A program made the translations under genes and the position numbers. This document shows, piece by piece, positions 56,341-64,000 of a stretch of 64,000 bases of DNA (within the stretch, counting starts at the first letter, position 1; the number at the start of each line of letters is the position of its first letter). The notes below the pieces were generated by a model that worked only from the letters and a program-made list of their open reading frames with translations, did no database searches and had not been told where the DNA came from. Source of the stretch: the human T2T-CHM13v2.0 reference genome, Homo sapiens; the NCBI RefSeq assembly GCF_009914755.1, contig NC_060931.1. One strand, 5' to 3'.

Positions 56341-57734
56341 GGATTCTCTCTCTCTGTTTTTTAAATGGCTTAAAACTGTTGTCTTTTCATAAAAGGTGGA
56401 AGTGATGGTGTGGTGGTTGGTTGGGGGGTTGGGGGGGCGATTTTTGAGTGTAACTGGTGAATTGTAAATGACTGGAAAACTGTGTGTTGTATGAAAAGTG
56501 AATGATTGTGCTGTTCCATTTATTATTAAGAATATACTGCAGCTTTTAAAAGTAATAGATGATGATCCTCAAAAGTAGTTATAGCCTTTCCCCTATTATT
56601 TCAGTGAAGGTTAACAGCAATTGTGCATTTGCTTGAGCATGTTGACATTCTGTTGTTCCACGTGCTAATTAATCCGGTGCTATCTTTAAGACTTTTATGT
56701 TCTTGAATTAATTTTTTAGATGATATGCTTCAGTAGTGAGGGGGCGATGATGAAGACTTCTTGATTGAGTTGTCTTAGAAACAGTTAATATTTCAGAGTA
56801 AGAAATTAACAGGAAATACAGGGAGAGGGGGCAAAGGATTGTGTTCTTAATGTTTTAAGGATCTCGTGTACTCAGAGAGAGAGACTTTGATGTTTTGAAA
56901 ATTATTACCACATTTCTGTTTCATAGAATAGATTTCGTATTGTGATATGCTGCCTGAGTTGGGTGCTTTCTGACACCATCCGGCATTACTAGATAGTAAT
57001 AAACTGAAACCCACTAAAACAAGAGGGCAAACACTTTCTCATTCTGGGAACTTCAAAACTTCTCTTGGGCTTATTTAGACGTGATCATCCTACAGCTGGA
57101 TGCATATTGAGGCATGCGGCACATACCAGAAAGGTGTCTATTTATTTAACGCATGTTTTGGATATCATTCATTATGACTTTATGGATCTTCTCTCTTTCC
57201 TCCTTTTTTGGGCAGAGGTGGAAGTGGGGAGCAGAGGGGAGAAGTAATTTTTGGAGGAAGTAGCATGATGTGTGAGGAGGCCTGAGTGTTGATTCTGATG
57301 CTTGACCTTGAGCAAATCACTTAAACCATCTGGGCACTACTCTAAAGAGCAGGAAAGGGCAAGGTGGGCTAGAAGCTCCTCCCCGCATGGGGAACCAATC
57401 TTAGATGATCTCTGGAGTCTCTTTCCACTCGAAAGTTCTATGTTTATATCCATGTTCTATACAAAAGTTTGCTACAGAGTATTTAGCATAGCTTTTCAGA
57501 GAAAAGTACATTTGAAATTCAGGATGAATTAGTACTTGAAATGAATGGGGGAGGATGGACAGGAGTATATCTTTCCCCACTTTGAAGTTTGATCTTTATT
57601 TGTTTACTTCTTGCTTTTTGGCAAAAAAACAAACATGGTAAACTTTTTAGTTTTCAAATGCTACCTTTGAGGAGACCTCAATGAGATAAATTACCTAGGT
57701 GAGACTGCCAAAAAGAGTGGCAGAGTAGACAAGG

Positions 57735-58009
57735 GGGAGAATTCACCTGCCCAGAAACTTTTCTAAAAGATCCCGCACATCCTTCAGATTCATGAAATGG
57801 TGCCAAAAATGCAGCAGACACAGACCCTTGTGCTTCAGTTGCTCACATGGAGCAGAACAGTATTTTCAATGAATTTATTCCCCCAAAGATTGCATGACTA
57901 CTTGATAAGTTTCTGTATTTTTAACATAAACTCAAGTTTTTAAAGGAGATTTAGGGCTACATTTGAAAACCTTCAAAGATCATGAAAAGCAAAACCGTAT
58001 GTGCTTGTT
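57735..58009 (+). repeat. Left arm of a ~275-bp inverted duplication
   Basis: Reverse complement of 59063-59336 with ~23 differences by hand alignment. Confidence 0.97.
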
Positions 58010-58637
58010 AGATAATTTTCCAGACAATACTCCTATTCTTCAGGCAAATTCCAGGGTAGTAGCCTTATTATAAAGTATATATTTATGTATCCGGGGTAGT
58101 AGCCTTATTGTAAAGTATGTAGTTATGTACTTATGGCCCAGCTCAATTGCGCACAGGGAAGGACCTTAACTATGCCTATCTGTGGGAAGAAATTACCCAG
58201 AGCTAAAATGAAACCAGTGGTGAAGATTATTAGTCATTGTGCATAGTTTGATGAGTGCCAAGTGTGTGCTTGGGACTCTTCAGGAATAAAGAGGGCATGA
58301 TTTCTTTTTTTAGAGCATTACAATTTATGTCGACTTGGCTCCGAATTGTTCACTCATATTCAGTAATGCTCTGCTTGTGACTGACAGAGACAAGGCCAGG
58401 AGCACTAGCCTGGCTGTGGCCTCTCCATGCCGGCTGTGATACCAGGTTGCACTTACATGATCTCAGCTCATTACACTTACCCACGGTAACCCAGAGGGCT
58501 AAAAATTATTAATTCCACTGTTTGACGACTATTTTGTTCTGTTTCATGGTTTTTGTTTTGATTTTTGGTTTTTAATTAAAAATTTTTATTCAGATAAGTA
58601 TACATTTACATGCATTCATAAGAAATAATATGGAGAG

Positions 58638-58922
<285 letters not shown>

Positions 58923-59062
58923 AATAATATGGAGAGATTCCCATGTATTCTTTGCCCAGTTACCCTCAATGGTAACATCTTGCAAAACTGTTGTAGTACA
59001 TTACTACAATCAAAATATGGACACTGTTACAATCCATTGATCCTGTTCTGCGTTCCTGTATG

Positions 59063-59336
59063 AACAAGCACATACAGTTTTGCCTTTCATGATTTCTGAA
59101 GGTTTTCAAATGCAGCCTTAAATCTCCTTTAAAAACTCAAGTTTATGTTAAAATTATAGAAACTTATCAAGTAGTCATGCAATCTTTGGGGGAATAAATT
59201 TATTAAAAATACTGTTCTGCTCCTTGCGAGCAACTGAAGCACAAAAGCCTGTGTCTGCTGCATTTTTGACACCATTTCATGAATCTGAAGGATGTGCAGG
59301 ATCTCTTAGAAAAGTTTATGGGCTGTGAATTCTCCC
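59063..59336 (-). repeat. Right arm of a ~275-bp inverted duplication
   Basis: aacaagcacatacagttttg...gtgaattctccc is the reverse complement of gggagaattcac...gtatgtgcttgtt. Confidence 0.97.
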
Positions 59337-59351
59337 ATTTTACTTGTATTT

Positions 59352-59352
<1 letters not shown>

Positions 59353-59396
<44 letters not shown>
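59353..59396. repeat. (GT)n microsatellite
   Basis: Directly visible. Confidence 0.95.
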
Positions 59397-59397
<1 letters not shown>

Positions 59398-59895
59398 GTT
59401 TTTGTCAATGTAAAAACTGAGAGTCAGGCTTACCCAAGTACATATAAGTTCTGGCAATTGGAGTCCAGTTCACTCTAGGTCTAGCTCACCATCACCAACA
59501 AACTTTCCATCACCATCCTGACTTGGTAAGGGAAGGGGTCTAATGCCCTTGCCTGTCAGTGGAAGTCATCAAATACCCAGTTGGGGAGTCTTGGTGACAG
59601 TGACTGTGTTTTACCTTCCCTTGGACATGGCCTGTCCATGGGCTTTGCCTTCCACAGGGGTCCCTGGGGCTGTGCTCCACAGGTGAGCAGGTGGAGGAGG
59701 AGAGATGGCTTTGCTAAGCAACAGAAGAGGCATCAATCTCTTCCCTCTGCCCACCAGACACAGAGCAGAACAGTGCCAGCTGTCCATGCCTAAGCATCAC
59801 CATAGTCGATGCTGAACTCACATTCTTCCTCCTCGCCCTCACATGTTTCCCTTGGTGAGCCCTTTTACAGCAGGAAGGATGGGGATAATATCAAG

Positions 59896-60079
59896 CAGGC
59901 ATTGCCAGTCAGAGAAGCAGGGTGGGGTCTCCTGAAAAGAGCATGGCCTTTGGGGTTATAAAGTCCTGGATTCAATCACTCTTCTACTTACTGGCTGTGT
60001 GACTTTGACAAGCCACTTCACCTCACTGTGCCACAGTTCCTACCTTCTCTGTGAATTGTGGATAACCAGACTGACCTCG
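59896..60079 (+). repeat. Source copy of a ~185-bp direct duplication (unique flank plus MIR)
   Basis: Core 59909-60079 matches 61908-62078 with ~14 substitutions in 171 bp. Confidence 0.96.
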
Positions 60080-60135
60080 AGGAGCCATTGCGAGGGGTGG
60101 AGATAAGGTTTTAAGGCCCCTGGCACATAGTGGGA
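59935..60135 (+). mobile_element. MIR
   Basis: aagagcatggccttt...cctggattcaa...cttactggctgtgtgactttg...cctggcacatag. Confidence 0.8.
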
Positions 60136-60564
60136 TGGTGGGGAGGAAATCTTGGTGGTTTCTGTTGTTGAGGATTCTGTTGGATAGGATTCTCCTCGCA
60201 GCAGTCCCTGCTGCAGGTACGGCCTCCCTGACTCTAACTGGGCTTCTTGTCCCAGCATCACTTAGCCTTCTTCTTTCTCTAGCCTTTCTTCTGTTATGCC
60301 TTTTTTTTAAATTCAGGAAATCAAGCAGGTTTGAGATCACACAAGGTCCTAGAAACAGAGAAGTAAAAAGACCATTCTGACTAAAGTGAGGTGAGGATAC
60401 TAGCGATTAAAATGCCAAATTTCCCATGATCTGGGTGGAGGGAAGGACACAGGACATCACAGTTTGGAAGAAAGGATGCTTACTGCCCTGTGGCACTGTG
60501 AACAAGAAAATAAAGTGAGATGGAGGTGAGTGAATTCAGTTATGAGAACTGAATTCTATTCCTA

Positions 60565-60942
<378 letters not shown>

Positions 60943-61334
60943 TTACCATTTAAACTTGCTGCCTCCCTCTCACATATATTTTCTAGTGGTTAAAAAAGGA
61001 TGTTTTGTAGACTGGAGAGAAAGGGACTTCCAAGGAGGCAAGTGGAAGGGTTAGGATGGCGGGTAGTGGAATTAGACAACATCTCTGGGGTCCAAGAGGC
61101 ACCTTGAGAGTTCCATGCTGGGATCCCCGAATCTAAGCTGCAAAAGGGCATATGGTGTCTCAAGCTGCTTGAAAGAAGTATTGTCTCAGATTTTACTTAG
61201 TAAGCATTGGTCAGGAAGGCCAGGTCAACATTAAGAAGCAGAAATTAGTGTAGACTGAGAATGAGCCCTGTCATGTGCCTGACAGAAAATAGGCTGGGCC
61301 AATCTGGAACTCTACTTAAAAAAGAAGCAGCTGT

Positions 61335-61740
<406 letters not shown>

Positions 61741-61766
61741 TTACATTGGATTGCAGCTAGAGGTGT

Positions 61767-62236
<470 letters not shown>

Positions 62237-63074
62237 GACTGGGTGCTTTCAGAGGCATGCATTTCATGAGTTTGGGTTACAACAAGAGTAATTTCTTAAA
62301 GACTTACACACCTTTGAAAACTGAAATTGACTTAGCACTCCAAAATCCACTCCATAGTACGCAAACACTTTAACACAAGTCCATACATCTTTCCTTCCTG
62401 TACCTGCGCTGGCAAGAGAACTCATTTAATGATTGATGAGGCAATGCTGTACCCAAGAAGAATTAATCAATAGTTTGCAATTATTATGGAGAGTGGGACA
62501 GTAGTTAGACAATAGCCAAGACCCATCTAGCTAGCAACAAAGTCTTTCTTTCTCTCTCTTCACATGGTACCAAAAAACTGAATTCTGCTTTATGGGTTTT
62601 TTTCTATTTTCCATCTGAATAACTAAAATAGAACTGGATGTGTCCAAAAAGCAAAGCCTAGAAAAAGCAATCATATGGCCCCCAGTGAATGTCAAGGTAT
62701 CTATTAATGCATAGATTTGATTACTCGTCTTAACGGGAAAATAGGGTCAGGAGACTGCATTGTGTGAACTGGAATGGCTACCATGAATTACTATGTTTTA
62801 GGAGTCCATCAACTTTTTATTTTGCAAATCAAAGATCTTGAATTGAAGTCACGTTGGGCTGCACCCATGTGCTGACACGGCAGACAGTCCAGCTGGCCCT
62901 CTTGCAGCCTTTTGGGCCTGTCTGCCCACTTGGCTCTGCCCCTCTGCCCTCAATGGGGCTTGTATCACTGCTTAAAAAAAAAAAAAGAAAAAAAATGTCT
63001 GCAAAACAAGCTTTTGTGCAGAGAGGGGAAGCCTAATTACTCGTAATCAATATGGCCAGATGAGATTGGGCCCT

Positions 63075-63255
63075 GTGGATTGTTTTGGAGTCAGACAGAC
63101 CTGGGGGCAAACTCTGGCTTTGCCATTTGCTAATTATGTGATTTTTGACAATCTATTGAAGCTTTCTGAGCCTCGGTTACTTCATTTATGAAATGGAATT
63201 CATAAGAGCATAATACACTTAGCATAGTAAGTGCTCAGCAAATGTTAGTTATTTA
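63075..63255 (+). mobile_element. MIR
   Basis: tttggagtcagacagacctggg...tctgagcctcggttacttcatttatgaaatgg...tagtaagtgctcagcaaatgttagttatt. Confidence 0.85.
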
Positions 63256-64000
63256 ATAATGGAGCCAGTTGACTTCTTTGGAAGTCTGGATAATAATATA
63301 TTTTGGGCATTAATAATGTAGAGAGAAATATTGTCATGTAACAGTTCCTTCCAAGAAAGGTAAACCAAGTCACAGAATGCAGGTGAGGTCATGAGTGGGT
63401 GGAGAGGTGAAGAGAGAATCATACTTCTGGCTGTACATGCCATTGGTCAGAAAACGAGGTTTCAGCTCTCACTTTAATGTACTGTAGTTTATTTCAACAT
63501 CAAAAGAGCAGGGTCTTTTTTCACCGCTTTTTGTTAAGTAGTAGATTTCTTTTTTAGATGGCATAGAGTAACTTCTTTTGCATCTGCCTCTTCTTGACCT
63601 TCTTATTTATCTAACACTTCCGTCAGCTCAGCAACACTTTGCAATAAAGGACTGATCCCATTTAATTCCTCTGAAATTAATCATAATAACAGCAATTATA
63701 ATAAACCCATTTAGTGTAAATGTAGTTGTAAATTGCTCTTGCGTAGCATTTTCGCCTTTAGTTTTGCTCTCACCAGCATCCACCCTAATATGGATCATGC
63801 AGTGGCCTCTCTATAGCCAGATTATTTTTCTGAGTTCAGCTCTTGCCCTAGTTCAGTACATGGCTGCTTTTTGCCATTTCCTTCCTCTGAGGGCAAGCAG
63901 GAAGCTCCCTGTGACGTGTACAGGTCACAGGGAACGTCATTTGATTTGAATTTGCTCTCACCATCCAGAACTTCCTTAGTAGTAGAATAATCATCTTATA

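Noticed and set aside
63910-63940. CRE half-sites (tgacgt, acgtca)
   Set aside because: Short motifs without supporting context

Overview
Primate (most likely human) genomic DNA, rich in Alu, MIR, L2, MER and MaLR/ERVL repeats, with no long genuine ORF. The only coding sequence I can support is a short first exon at 55593-55639 (MFCTSGGNSASVMSM+AG, then a GT donor). From memory this is the unique 16-aa N-terminus of the CREB5 (CRE-BPa) delta isoform, which would place the whole window in one very large + strand CREB5 intron containing an internal promoter. The main unexplained structures are: (1) a ~275-bp inverted duplication of apparently non-TE sequence (57735-58009 / 59063-59336, ~92% identical); (2) a ~171-185-bp direct copy of nearby DNA pasted into an Alu linker (59896-60079 to 61894-62078, also ~92%). 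Both lie 2-6 kb downstream of the internal promoter and look like local templated insertions. Also notable are a near-perfect 26-bp pre-miRNA-like hairpin inside an old LTR (16602-16672), a probable 5S-derived AmnSINE1 relic with AP-1 sites (~35749-35968), and paired C/EBP-ATF motifs flanking the delta exon. Repeat family names come from recalled consensus sequences, identities are hand counts, and repeat boundaries are approximate.
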